Of a stretch of 64,000 nucleotides of DNA, positions 51,640 through 64,000 are shown in pieces; position 1 is the stretch's first letter; every line of letters starts with the position of its first letter. Made by a program: the position numbers and the translations under genes. This stretch comes from Octopus bimaculoides (lineage: Eukaryota): positions 93,066,958-93,130,957 of the forward strand of contig NC_068990.1 in NCBI RefSeq assembly GCF_001194135.2, given 5' to 3'. Under the pieces are notes generated by a model. That model was not told the DNA's origin, searched no databases, and was given only the letters and a program-made list of their open reading frames with translations.

Positions 51640-52440
51640 ATACTATAATTCTCACCTGGCTTGATGTGTCTTCTCAAGCAAATTCTCTTCTCACTCACTT
51701 GATATCACACTTCTGTGAGATCCACAACCAAGTTCACATTTCACCACCTCCTCTCATTACTTCCTGGGTCTACCTCTTCCACAGGTTCCCTTCATAGTTA
51801 GAGATTGACACTTCTTTATACGGTTGTCCTTGTCCACACATGCATCACATGACCATACCAGCCTAGTCTTCTCTCTTGCACATTACATCTGATGTCACTC
51901 ATACCTGATTCTTCTCTCAAGATGCTTCCGCTCTGTCATTTGTGCATACGGACACTGTACATCTAGCAGAACAGACTTCATTTCTTTCAAGCCTTCCACA
52001 TGTCCTCTGCAACTACATCCCATGTTTCACTGCCATGTAGCATGGTTGTTCGTACACAGGCATCATACAATTTGCCTTTCACTCTGAGGGAGAAGTCCTT
52101 TGTTACCAGCAAAGACAGAAACTCTCTGAACTTTGCCCAGCCAGTTCTTATTTTAGCAGCTACACTCTCAAAGCATCCCCCTCCACTCTTTTGGTCTCCT
52201 TGGTAACGGAAGCCATCAACTACTTCTCAGAATCTCTCCAGTCATTTGATGAGGTCTTCTTTTTTCCGCACATTCCTAGTGTTTATTGTACCTGCACATC
52301 TACCACACACAAAGACCACTTTCTATGTTAACCTCCCCCTAGCTTGCACCTGATATCTACAGATTCTAACCAATACTGTACGTAACAGATAAATACTTTG
52401 TCTTTCGATGTAGGACAGACAAAGATGGCTCATCAACACT
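51640..52440 (-). mobile_element. RTE-like LINE 3' fragment (end of RT, thumb, 3' end)
   Basis: Minus-strand translation gives GGGCFESVAAKIRTGWAKFREFLSLLVTKDFSLRVKGKLYDACVRTTMLHGSETW, then QERRLGWYGHVMH and GRGRPR, all typical RTE motifs. Remnants of a Cys-rich segment lie upstream. Confidence 0.85.
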
Positions 52441-53183
52441 AGTCTCGATTCTGTGTTGAGGTATTTCATCTGCGACTGAATACCTTTTAACTGTCCCCAT
52501 AAGCATTGCTTGTAAATCAACAGAAGCTAAGGACTTCAGTAAATCACTTCAACTAATTTGCATATTATAATACATTCTGGGCTGCTTGTTCAATGAATAA
52601 ATTACTGAACATTCATAGCATCTTGCTTCAAGCCAATTCAATTTAGTTTTCACTTTATATTGTCTTATTTTTCTTATTTCTTTTTTAGTTGTTACTCTTG
52701 TATTTTCTATCAACTACTGTAAATATACGAAGCAATTATTGTTACTTTATTATATTTTATTAAATATTTAGGTCTATCAATATTGTTTCACAAATATATT
52801 TATTAATATTATTTCCCACGTTTATAACTTACAATGCTATACTTTGAACGTTAAGTTAAAAATTATCCAGAAGTAAATGAAATAATCTACTTATAAACAC
52901 AATTTAATATAATTTTGTTACGACTAACCTAAGCATTTAAAATTCACTTGTTTATGTTTTCTACTACAGAATTTACTGTGGGCTATGTGGTTAAGGTGTT
53001 TGTTATCCAACCACATGACTTCAGGTTCAGCCCCACCTTGTGGCACTTTGGGCAAGTGTCATGTACTATGGCTCTCAAACTTACCAAAGCTGTGTGAGTG
53101 AATTTGGCACACAGAAACTGAAAGTAGCCCATTGCATATGTGTGTGTGTGTGTGTATATATATATATTGGTATTGTCTCATTT

Positions 53184-53224
<41 letters not shown>

Positions 53225-53853
53225 CATGCATCTATGTAATGTACACACACATAGTTGTATATACACATACACATATCTATCTATTTATCTATCTATCTCT
53301 CTCTCTATATATATATATATAAATATGTATCTATACATATATATATATACTCACGCATATATTTGCATATAATTCACATCCATGAGAAATCTTCGCACAT
53401 TGTTAACAATGGTCTTTATCCGTGTGAAGTATGCCTGTATGCACCAGTTCGTGTGATTAGGCAATATTCTTTCCTGTTTTCTCATTCATAAAATTTTCCA
53501 TGTTTTTAATTCTTCCTTTTTCTTCTTAATGGTTTTATAGTTTTCCACCTTCAACAATATTAATGGTTTTAAATCTATCGACAGTAACTTCAAATTCATT
53601 ACAACTGTTAGCATTGTTTTGTTTTGACTTCGATTCTGATATCATTTTAATCAACTTCATCCGTTTTATTCAGCCTCATTCTTCACATTTCAAATTTCTT
53701 TCATTCTAACATGATATTCCAAAGAGTATTAATGACATTGCATAATTATCCCCAAAATACTCTTTCTACTCTAAATCAGATGTTGACCTTCTTCAAGTAC
53801 TTTCAGTTCAGGCAGTGGCTATGTTGCTTTTCACCAACACATTTTGGTCGTTT

Positions 53854-53890
<37 letters not shown>

Positions 53891-53974
53891 ATAATTGTTA
53901 AAGAGTGCAACAAATGTTAAGGCAAGGCAAACATCTCAAGTCATATGCATTATTATTATTGGAGGAAATTCAAA

Positions 53975-54030
53975 GTCTTACAGCTGTTTCTGGGATATCC
54001 CAAAGTATGGGATATTCCGTCATCAGAGAC
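53975..54030 (-). ncRNA. Minimal type-I hammerhead ribozyme motif (Penelope-like element type), best-preserved copy
   Basis: Minus strand reads GUCU-CUGAUGA-CGGAAUAUCCCA(UACUU)UGGGAUAUCCCA-GAAAC-AGCU-GUA-AGAC. The catalytic core is complete, stem I is GUCU/AGAC, stem II is 12 bp with 2 mismatches, stem III is the palindrome ACAGCUGU, and the cleavage triplet is GUA. Confidence 0.8.
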
Positions 54031-54075
54031 AAATAGGGAAAATGAGAAGGGTATAGATTAATGAAATGATGACAT

Positions 54076-54110
<35 letters not shown>

Positions 54111-54224
54111 CATACATACTTACACACACATACATGCATACATACATATCTGTCTATGAGTGTGTTAATGTGTATGGGCTGTAAGAAATGACATGGACGT
54201 CATATAAAGCAAATCCGCTGACAG

Positions 54225-54796
54225 TGTGATGCGTCTTCAGTGAAGGTGACATCATTCTGCCCCGACATCTTTGAACAGAGCCTTAGACTCAATACAGATG
54301 GGTATGTGAAGCTGCCGGAAACTGTGGGTCAGTCCCTGGCTGGAAAAGGTTGCTGTTGGAATGCCATGTGTGTGTGGCAGCAGGATTTGACTCCTCATCG
54401 TATTCCAGAAGGAGTAGGAAATGGTTGATGGAGAATTTCTACAACTGCACCAGCCCCAGTTCCTGGCCACCAAATCCCTTCCTTCTAATTCTAATCCCAT
54501 AGATTACTGTGTGGGGCATGGTTGAGAAAGACACCAACCGCTCTGTCTGCAACACCAAGGCTGAACTGGTGGCCAAGATCAAGGAGGTGTTCAAAGATCT
54601 TCCCAGGGACACAGTGAGGAGGAACCTATGTGCCAGATCCCAGAGTCATCTTGACGATGCAGTAAATGCTGTGAGTGGCTACACTGCATAAGCTGTTATC
54701 TCCCAGCCATAATCTATATTTTAGGATAGTTTTTAAAACCTTTTTTATTTTTGGATGGGATAGTGTGTTTTCTTCCCCTTTAGCCTGAACACCCTG
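54225..54796 (+). mobile_element. Decayed Tc1/mariner-superfamily transposase, DD37D (maT/mori)-like, with 3' TIR
   Basis: IFEQSLRLNTDGYVKL...VWQQDLTP...KWLMENFY...WPPN...NPIDY.VWGMVEKDTNRSVCNTKAELVAKIKEVF, with frameshifts. Ends in GAACACCCTG followed by TA. Confidence 0.85.
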
Positions 54797-54924
54797 TACG
54801 ACAGAGAGAATTTTATCTAAATTATAAAGATATTTGAGCATATGTGGCAGTGATACATAAACAAGGAATATAAAGGCGTGCGTGTGTGTGTGTTGTATGT
54901 AAAATGTGTTGAGATGGTGTTGTG

Positions 54925-55250
54925 ATTGTGAAATAAGGGCAGATCTTCAGATGACTTTTTATCAGAGGAATTTGTCAACAAGTTATATAAAGGAAAAGCT
55001 GAACTCAAAAATATTGAAGAAGAGACCATTAGAGATAATGTTAATGTAGTTAGTGCCATGTTGAATTGACCCAAGTCAGTTTGCCATAGAAACTAAGGCT
55101 AGGAACAACATTATACTACGAGGATATCATTAGAAATTATCAAACATATGTTGTCAGAGGTTACCAGATTTCTCCATCAGTGATGCAATCTGATGACACC
55201 TTTCTTGGCAGTAATTCCCTACACAGGCAGGTAATTGGACTCATTGTAAT
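54925..55250 (+). mobile_element. Probable ancient LINE RT N-terminal remnant
   Basis: EFVNKLYKGKAELKNIEEETIRDNVNVVSAMLN*...SLEIIKHMLSEVTRFLH resembles the pre-RT segment of LINEs. Multiple stops. Confidence 0.4.
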
Positions 55251-55439
55251 TAGCCTTCTTTAATCTGCATAATTGCTCTGATACTTTCTGTGTGTGTGTC
55301 TCTCTCTCTCTTTCTTTCTCTCTGTCTCTAATCACAGACACCACCAAATGTTTTCCACACTCCACTTTTGTTTGTTGGTGTTTAGGGTCCTCCCCCCTCT
55401 AATTCTCTCCCTGTCCTAATCTTTCGAGGTCAGTCAAAT

Positions 55440-55630
55440 AATGAAAGATTTATTGCAATCTCCCATCAATGTAACTTTAGATTTTCCTTCAAGATTGTTG
55501 CTGCTATATCTAAAGCTGTACAATCTCCATGGGAACCATTCTGAGACATCAATTCTTCCCTATCTTCTATCTCATTTCTCACCATTTCAAATGTTTTACG
55601 GAACAATACAAAAATATGATCATCAAATTT
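55440..55630 (-). mobile_element. Possible LINE apurinic-endonuclease remnant
   Basis: The frame adjacent to ORF 55466-55651 gives KVTLMGDCN, similar to the GDFN motif of APE domains. Confidence 0.3.
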
Positions 55631-55900
55631 TGTTGTTTTTTTTTCCTTCATTTCTTTAGAAAAAAAATTCCATTATTTCATTTATTTCCATTCAATAAAT
55701 ACCTGGATTTTTTTCTCTCGTTTCTGATATCGTATATAACATTGCAGTAGTGTTAGGATACCATACTAATGTGTACCATTGATGTGCTGTGGGTGGTAGG
55801 AGACAGTGTGGTGTGATGTGGGTTGTGAGAGTGTGGTTTAATGAACATCATAGGACAATGGTGGTGGACTGAACATGTGGTAGTAAAATAGGTTTTAGCA

Positions 55901-56297
55901 GGAGTGGCTGTGTGGTAAGTAGCTTGCTTACCAACCACATGGTCCTGGGTTTAGTCCCACTGCGTGGCACCTTGTACAAGTGTCTTCTACTATAGCCTCG
56001 GGCCGACCAAAGCCTTGTCAGTGGATTTGGTAGACAGAAACTGAAAAGAAGCCTGTCGTATATATGTATATTTATATATGTGTGTGTGTGTATATGTTTG
56101 TGTATCTGTGTTTGTCCCCCCAACATCGCTTGACAACCAAGGGTGGTGTGTTTATGTCCCCATAACTTAGTGGTTCAGCAAAAGAGAACGATAGAATAAG
56201 TACTAGGCTTACAAAGAATAAGCTCTGGGGTCAATTTGTTCGACTAAGGGTGGTGCTCCAGCATGGCTGCAATCAAATGACTGAAACAAGTAAAAGA
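55901..56297 (+). mobile_element. Bipartite tRNA-derived SINE (family B: head module B1, microsatellite, module B2), full length
   Basis: Pol III-like head (TGTGTGGTAAG ... GGTTTAGTCCC), central CCTTG.GCAAGTGTCTT, internal (TA/TG)n, then module ending CAGCATGGCTGCAATCAAATGACTGAAACAAGTAAAAGA. More than a dozen partial copies in the window. Confidence 0.8.
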
Positions 56298-56499
56298 GTA
56301 TATATTTTTTTAATGTTATGGATTGCTTATAAAAAATACAGAAAAAAATGTACCAAAGTGCATAAGGTATACCAGCTATACAGCTTGTGTAATTGTCGAG
56401 CATAATTATGGATGATCCTCGATATATTAAGTGTAGTTTCCTAACATAAGTAATTATAGCATGAGTTTATAAAACTAACAGAGAAATGTATTCTAAGTA

Positions 56500-57045
56500 T
56501 ATGCTGTACATGCAAGCGCCACATGACATTTGACATGTGTGTAGCAACCACTGATATGCAGTTGACAGTCATTGACATGTAGCTAGCAATTATTCATGTG
56601 TAGCTAATGACCCTTCACATGTGGCTGGTTATTGTTAGCGTGTAGCTAATGACTAGTGACATGTAGTTAATAACCACTGATATGGAGTTAGTAAACACTG
56701 ATGCTTGTCAACCAGTGATCTGCTGTTTGTAGCCACTGAAATGTAGCTAACAAACGCTGCCATGTAGCTAACAAACGCTGCCATGTAGCTTGTTAACAAT
56801 GGGCTGTAGATAATGGCTGCTAGCATGTAGTTAACAGCCTGTGACAGGGAGTTAACAAACAATTAGCTGGCAATTATTGATGTGGCATAGTTAACAGTCA
56901 TGGACATACAGTTGGCAATCATCCTGTTGTCTAACAATGATTATCTAATTGCCAATGTGATATCAGGTATTAATCTATGTCAGTCATAGGTGTGTCATAG
57001 GTGTGTTATTCAGGTAAATGATACAGTCATAGGATATAGGTGTGT
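56500..57045. repeat. Degenerate minisatellite (about 21-25 bp, CATGTAGCTAAC core)
   Basis: Recurrent ATGT(A/G)G(C/T)TA(A/G)C motif, including an exact 21-bp tandem at 56741-56782. Confidence 0.7.
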
Positions 57046-57169
57046 GACACTGTAATGAAAATTAAACATTTGCTTCTTTTTGTTAGTTTTTCTGTTGTGG
57101 AATATGTAGAATTCCTGAAATAAATTTTACTTCTTTTCAATGTTTAAACAATGGCATCATTAGAGGCAA

Positions 57170-57500
57170 ACACTCTCAACTATGACCACCACTATAATTT
57201 TTCTTGCTTATCAGCAAAATATAATGGGTAGTGGTGTATGTGGTCATTTAGTGTGATGTATGATTTGCATGGAGCAAAGGTCCCCATGGTCACCTGTATT
57301 CAACTGTGATGGCCATCTCTCAATGTTTAGGTAATGGTACCCTTTGATGTAGACTGGATTGTCTCAACTTATGACCATCACAACAATTTTTCTCACATAT
57401 CAGCAATGTGATGGAAAGTTGTCTTTGTGATCATTTAGAGTAAGATATGATTTGCATAGAGCAACGTCTTCTACGTGGTCTTCTGTATTTAAATGTGAAG
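57170..57500. repeat. Decayed tandem duplication, about 188-bp period
   Basis: TCTCAAC.TATGACCA...TATCAGCAA...TCATTTAG...TATGATTTGCAT.GAGCAA occurs from 57174 and again from 57362. Confidence 0.7.
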
Positions 57501-57889
57501 TTTGTGTTTTCACTTTTCCATGCTGGAGTTTCGTTTTTGTGTGTTTTTGTGATATTACCTGTCAATTTTTTTGGTGTAAGTGGTTCTAAATTTTATAAGA
57601 TTTATATTGGTGGTGGTGGTGGTGATGGTGGGGGTATGTATTTATTATTTGAGATTTTGAAGGGTAATCGTTGATCATTAGTATATCCTTAGTGTGACTT
57701 CTAAATCTCAATCAGTGAATCATGAGGGACAGAAGCCCCAGTTTTGTACAAATAATTTTTCTAACAGCTCTGAGAATTCTTTTTCTAATTTATAAAACAA
57801 AAACTCTCTCACATGTGCACACATCATTCATGTTTCATTGTCCATAAAATGTATTTAACCTCTCTCTGTATGTAACTTTATAAAATCAC

Positions 57890-58120
57890 AGTATAACTAT
57901 ATCTTACATTGATCGCACTGGATCATTGCATCCCACAGGATTTTGCAAGTTTCATTCCCGGTGACTCCTTCTGGGGTTTGCTCATTCCAGGTCTTTGCTC
58001 TTTGTTGGCCATGATTTCCACAGAGTTCCCAAGGGATTGTTCCTGTCACAGCTTTCTATGAGTTTTCCCAGTAAGGCCCCACCACCCAAATATCTTTCTT
58101 TCACTGGCGATGCCCCATAG
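57890..58120 (-). mobile_element. R4/Dong-like LINE fragment just upstream of the REL catalytic motif
   Basis: Minus strand EQTPEGVTGNETCKILWDAMIQCDQ resembles the conserved EHxPExVxEN..KILWDxxIQTD segment. Confidence 0.65.
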
Positions 58121-58523
58121 CCACAGCCTGAAACATATAAAAGAATAAAAGAATAGGAATGGTTTTCTTTTGACTTTTACGATTAGACATGAAAGTTAGG
58201 TGTGAGGCTGGTGAAAGCTGCCATCTTCATGACCCTCGCAAGAGTATTACCGACAGTAGCATACTGGAATATGTATGTTTGGTAAATGAAGCCAAACCAT
58301 AAGCAGGAACTAAGTGTGCATTATTTGGAGGTCAAGTAAATAAACCTTGTCTAAGACCTGCCATGGAACTGATGCTTATCTACTAGCAGATGAGAGATAA
58401 ATTTACTCCTGGATATGATGTTAGTCTATTACAACTAGCTTTTCTCATGGAAGGAATTAAATGTGGTGCTGCAGCCATCAGTTCTACATTGGTGCTACTG
58501 CTTACAACAATAGCAGACTCAAG

Positions 58524-58753
58524 CAGGGGTAAATGGCGCCCAAGCCAAGCATCAAAATTGTGCCCCCACCCCAACCAAAAGGTGGAAACTTGCAGAGTAA
58601 AAATCTTTAGTGGTATGGATGGTGATAAATAAAACAAAATTTGCTGGAAAAGGTTTAAAATGTTTTTTAATGGCTTAATTAGAAAATGATCTTGGCCAAA
58701 ATTGCCCCCATTCAAAGTGGTGCCTTGCTTTCCCCACCCTAGCTACACCCCTG
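58524..58753. mobile_element. hAT-like non-autonomous element
   Basis: Termini CAGGGGT...ACCCCTG, flanked by near-identical 8-mers GACTCAAG / GACCCAAG (putative 8-bp TSD). Confidence 0.55.
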
Positions 58754-60109
58754 GACCCAAGTACAAAGTTTGAGTTTCTTGTGTAGCTGGTAAGAGGCAA
58801 GATGTTTTAGCTGCAGATACACAGAGTACCAAACACAAGAATTTGATCCCTTGTCTCTCAATTTCACAGAAATGGCAGGGCTGTGTGCTTTGGCAGTTTG
58901 CTTCTCAGCAATGTGATTTTGAGTTCAATCCGACTGCTTGCCACCTTGAGTAAGTGGCTCCTGCTATACCCTTGGGCCAATCAATGCCTTCCATGTGGAT
59001 TTAGTAAATGGAATCTGAAAGAAGCTGATGTGCGTGTAATGTATGTCTGTATGTGAGTCTTTGTGTGGACAAGTTCATCGTTCAAATGCTGATTATAAAA
59101 AAATAGCTTCACTAACAATATTCTTTGTTTGCAATTCATCACAAAAATATGTCTGGTCTTCGTGACATGTCTCGACATATCGCACAGGGCTCTCCAAAGC
59201 AGTGTTCGTTGTTGCTAGTTCTCTGCATAAACATGCCTTGGCTGTTTGTTGTTCAGTAGACTTGGGCATTATCTCTTCGCTAGGAAACAAGTGGTGCTGG
59301 GTAGGTGGGGATGGCAACAGGGGAGGCATCTGGCCGCAGAAAACTCAACTCCAACATACTTTTATCTGACCTATGGAAACCTAGAAAAGTAGACATTAAA
59401 ACGTGGATGATGATGAAGATGGTGACAAAGATGGCTGTTGATGGTGATGATGGTGATGGTGATGATGTCAGTCTACCCATGTGTGTCTCTATTGTCTGCA
59501 TGCTCATTACTGGCAGCCGTGTTTGTCCTCATTAATGTTATTATCAGTTACTAATTACCTGTGTTATAATTGTAGTTACCACTAGCAACCATTGCCCTAT
59601 ACCAATATTTCCAGTTTGTTCTAGCTGTCATCTACACCTGTACACCTATCACATGTTAAATTCTGCTTCCTAATTAACCTGCTTGAGATTCTACTGAATA
59701 CATTTTGTGCAGCCATTGTTTGAATTGAACTAAAAGATATCCAGTTCCTATCGGTCATCTGCCTCTTTACTGACCAACACTGCTTCCTGGATGATTCTTG
59801 AGTTTTCGTTCAGGGACACAATTCTATGTTACAAATTTTTCTGTAACCCTTTGGCAGGTTCTGTAACGTGGCCCAGTTTCTGAACATGTAAAAGTTCATG
59901 GGTGACAGCTAATTCTGAATTCTTGAGTAACTGACTACTCAAAGACTTGAGATAATAAAGAATATAGAATTTACCGCAGAGCTCTGGTGTACTCATGGTT
60001 GTAATCCAACAGAGAATTCACTGGCATTTATAATCTTTCACATGATCTAAAACCATGCTTATTTACCAGTCCTCCATTCCCAGCTTCCTTCATACAAAAT
60101 GATAAAAGA

Positions 60110-60166
<57 letters not shown>

Positions 60167-60390
60167 GAATTAATAAAATCTGAAACCAAACAATTCTCCC
60201 ATAATTCTCTGCAAGAAACCATATTGTATTGGCCTCTTTTGTTGTGTTTTTATGAAGCTGCATTAATATACTACTTCAACGCTTTGTCATTTTTTTTTTG
60301 GCAGAACATTCTAGCACAAACAGAAATCTTCTGTTATATTCTCAGTTAACAACCATATCCTGCTTATTGACTGTGTTGCAGGAACATGAT

Positions 60391-60424
<34 letters not shown>

Positions 60425-60911
60425 TGATAATGATAATAATGATGATAATAATAATAATAATGATAATAATAATAATAATAAAAGTAATAATCTTGTGTCT
60501 TGGCTGTTATTAAAGAAATATTTTACCAAAAGATATAATCATATTTATTATAATTATTACTAACGTTGTGTTGTTGCTGTTGTGGTTATTATTATTCCAC
60601 CCTTTTAATGTCTTCTCATCTGTCACCATACTGGCAGTAAAAGAAATCATCACAATCATCATCATCATCATCATCATCATCATTGTCATTGCCATTGGCT
60701 GTGGCAGCATCAGGTGCAGCAAACTGGCAAAGTTGTTAGAGCATTTGAACAAAATAAAATGCTTTGTGGTATTTGTTTTGAGTTCAAATCCAGCCAATCT
60801 CAACTTTGTTTTTCCTTCTTTGGAGATCAATAAAATTAAGTACCAGTCATATACTGAGGTGGATATAATCTAATGACTTTCTCTGCACACTTTCTGACTT
60901 TGTTAGAAACA

Positions 60912-60965
<54 letters not shown>

Positions 60966-61036
60966 GAGTGAGAGAGCATCCTGCTCAAAAGTAATTGACT
61001 TTGCCCCACCCTCAAAATTGTTGGCCTTGTGCCAAA

Positions 61037-61094
<58 letters not shown>

Positions 61095-61099
<5 letters not shown>

Positions 61100-61236
61100 T
61101 AGATTTATTTTTATAACATGCTTTCACTTCACTACCGAGTGCAGCTCTGTGTGCTTTCGGGTATGTGCTGTGGTTTGCTGTGGTGCTCTTATTTTCACTG
61201 TATTGAAAGTGTTTTACATAGGATGTGTGCAGTGCC
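61095..61236. repeat. Interspersed repeat abutting (TAA)n; inverse copy at 17248-17388
   Basis: About 140 bp of high-identity reverse-complement match between the two loci, both joined to a (TAA)n tract. Confidence 0.7.
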
Positions 61237-62124
61237 TAGTGGTGCTATTTTTCTGTATGTTATATATACTTGTAAGTCCTCGTGTTTTTGTTATGTATTT
61301 GTCTGAATATTTTTTTTACCATACCTAAGATGCCTACAATGATAGGAATTGTTTCTTCTTTTAGGCTCCACATTCGAGTTACCTCTATTTCCAGGATCTG
61401 GGAGAAGTAATTCTGTTTCTATGATGCAATATGTCAGTCAATTTTTGATTTGGATTTTTCATTTAACCCCTTTTCAACAGATACAATGATTTTTGTTTTT
61501 TTCAATAAAGTTTGTTGTGATAAACTTTTAAAACCTTTTACAGTCCAATTTCTATTTCATTTATGGTGATCTTTCATGTTACTTATTTATCTAAATTTAA
61601 AAAAACTATTCTTTAATTTGAAAAGGAAAGGTTATGTATCTCTTTGAGCTTATTTCTTTTAAAATGGTCCTTGATTAAGTTTTTTCAGGTATTTAGTCTT
61701 TTAGTTTTAACTTCGATGTTCTTTAGAATTTTGAAATGGCAAAGATGTTCCTGATTTTCTTCTATTAGAATGTTTCTAGTTTATTTCTTTGAAGACTTCG
61801 TCTCCATATTTCTGTTGAAATACACTGCTTTCGTTTCAATTAATTTTGAAATTAATAAAAAATTTAGTAAAATAACTTTGTCGTTATTAAACTGTTGTTC
61901 GGAACATAAATTAATGAGGTATTTTGAAGCAAGATTTTAATTTAGATAATTAAAAACAGGAAAATTGTACCAGAGAACAAGGGATGCACTCAGTGGGGAT
62001 TGATATAAAAAAAGTTGAGCCTTTTCTAGCCTTTTTCATAAAACCAACCCCTTTATTATTATTTTTATTCTCAATTTTGTAAGTTTTACTTGTCTTTTAA
62101 ATTATATTTTATCATATACTGGTT

Positions 62125-62480
62125 TCTATCTTTGGACTGTGGCCATGCTGGGGCACCACCTTGAGGAGTTTTGTGGAAAAAATCCAGCCTCTAGTACTTA
62201 TTTTTAAGTCTGGTCCCTATTCTGTCAGTCTTTTTTGCCAAACTACTAAGTTATGGTGAAGGAGGGGGTCAAATACAGACAAACAGACACATACACACAT
62301 ACACGCATGCACACATGCACACACAAACACACATTTGATGGGCTTCCACACAGTTTTAATTTACCAAGTTCACTCACACAGTACTGGTTGACCTGAGGCT
62401 ATAGGAGACACTTGCTCAAGGTGCTGCACCATGGGATTGAACCTGAAAGCTTGCAGCTGCATGGTTAAGAAGCTCACTAT
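62125..62480 (-). mobile_element. Family B SINE, near full length
   Basis: Same B2-(CA)n-B1 arrangement on the minus strand. Confidence 0.75.
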
Positions 62481-62844
62481 GCTTGGACAGGGTGAGTGAT
62501 TAGGGAGTTCATGAGGGTGAAACAGAAGAGTGGAAGGGGGAATGCAGCGAGCAGTGGACATGGCTTTGGAGGGGGAATGGCATGATAGGAACGATAGAAT
62601 TGGCCGGGGGGAGGGCAGGAGGGAGAAATGACAAAGCAAGTGCAATGGGGGGGGGGGGGAGCCAAGCATAGTGTATAAAGAGATGTGGTCTAGTTCATTG
62701 GAGGTGGGGGTGGGGTCAGTTAATGTAATGTGCTCTTCCAGAAATCAGTTACATTGAGGTAGGCCAGTCTTTTTGAGAACCTCATATTACCAGACATCTC
62801 AGTTCCTTGTCATCTCCTCTGCGAGGTTCAACATCTTGAGAGTA

Positions 62845-63083
62845 CAGTTCTCTATTTAAGAGATGAGGAATTATTTACATTATTTACATTTGACGGATGC
62901 TTGTCCTCATCTTGTTTGTTGTTAACACAACATTTCGGCTGATATACCCTCCAGCCTTCATCAAGTGTCTTGGGGAGATTTTGAACCTGGGTTCTCATTC
63001 CTAAGGTGATATTCGATGTTATAATACTGGAATCGAACTCAGAATCTTGGGGTTAGTAGCCTGCACTCTTAACCACTATGCCC
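62845..63083 (-). mobile_element. Family A SINE-like element
   Basis: Reverse complement of the same head and tail. The (TAA)n linker is nearly absent. Hammerhead-like motif at 62924-62969. Confidence 0.8.
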
Positions 63084-63451
63084 TCAGGCAAATGGCGGTG
63101 ATGATGATGGCGGTGATGGTGATGATGATGATGATGATGATGGTGATGACTAGTTTAATTACAAACAAAGGTGTTTGAGTTGGAGTCAAAGTCAACAGCA
63201 CTATTATCTGAAAAGTCGAAATTTTGTGTACGGATTCCACAGTCCTGATAATGTAATACAACCATCCTTTCATGAAAGAGATATTCCATCTGGCAGGAAC
63301 AGAGCTGGGCAGTTCTTTGAATTTCCTTATTTCATTACACGCCCTCATCTTTCCTCACCATTGAAATAAGGATTCTTTAGATTGGTGAACAGGTCAGACA
63401 TTTTGTAAGGAAGAAAAAGCACATTCAGTTCAAGCATCTCCACTGTGAATA

Positions 63452-63521
<70 letters not shown>

Positions 63522-64000
63522 CATCTATCTGTCTGTCTGTCTATCTATCTGTCTGTTTGTCCGTCCATCCGTCCGTCCGTCTGTCCGTCTATCTGGCATT
63601 TTATCTGGTTTTCTGGTTCTGAGTTCAAATGCAACTGACTTTGCTCTTCATCCTTTCACATTCAATAAAATAAGGACCAGTCAAATACTGGAGTTCATGA
63701 TATTGACAACCCCTTCCCCTAAACTTGCTGGCCTTGTGCCAAAATTTGAAACAATTAGTTAACCATTTAACCGATTAACAAATTGATTGTTTGATTAATC
63801 ATTCAATCAGTCAGTCAATCAGCTAGATTTATTAGAGTCTTTTGTTGCCAGTCATGACATCATCAATGACATACCCTCCTTTCTCAGTTGATTATTTAAC
63901 TGATTAATAATAATAAAAAAAGTGATGTAGAACCTGTGTGTGTGTGTGTGTTTGTGACTGGCATAATGACCCTTCTCAGATACAACATATTTATAGATAT

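Noticed and set aside
53380-53470. YPCEVC (plus) and HTDKDHC*QCAK (minus), zinc-finger-like
   Set aside because: His ligands and spacing are missing, and the minus frame has a stop.
55466-55651. TALDIAA ankyrin-like motif in a 61-aa ORF
   Set aside because: The rest of the ankyrin consensus is absent, and the adjacent frame suggests a LINE endonuclease remnant.
59093-59270. Protein-like minus-strand ORF (…CHEDQTYFCDE…) and alternative-frame PCAICRD, B-box/RING-like
   Set aside because: The metal-ligand patterns are incomplete, and the apparent acceptor comes from a repeat.
63175-63369. 64-aa plus-strand ORF with an overlapping 90-aa minus-strand ORF and a minus-strand donor
   Set aside because: There are no recognisable motifs, and the starts are non-ATG or derived from repeats.
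1-64000. Dozens of 60-330 aa ORFs (poly-IY, HT/CV, LS, poly-H/I/M, LPAC, X-rich)
   Set aside because: They are translations of microsatellites or N-gaps, with no domain content.

Overview
This is AT-rich eukaryotic DNA saturated with microsatellites ((TA)n, (CA)n, (GA)n, (CAT)n, (TAA)n, (CAC)n, (CTGY)n). It has 11 N-gaps (about 3.4 kb in total), so it comes from a draft assembly. The interspersed repeat families resemble those I recall from Octopus, so a coleoid cephalopod is likely (inference). I cannot support any intact protein-coding gene. Almost every ORF in the track is a translated microsatellite or a decayed transposon fragment, so the window reads as a large intron or intergenic DNA. 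Recognisable content: fragments of R4/Dong-like and RTE-like LINEs, a mariner 5' end, a DD37D/maT-like transposase remnant, Tc1-type and hAT-type MITEs, and several high-copy tRNA-derived SINE families. The most interesting unexplained structure is a set of minimal type-I hammerhead ribozyme motifs (CUGANGA-stem II-GAAAC-palindrome-GUH) of the kind known from Penelope-like elements. They fall into three sequence families. One family sits in the tail of a repeat that has a tRNA-like Pol III head, i.e. an apparent SINE carrying a hammerhead. The window also holds several long fold-back hairpins and one decayed C2H2 finger.
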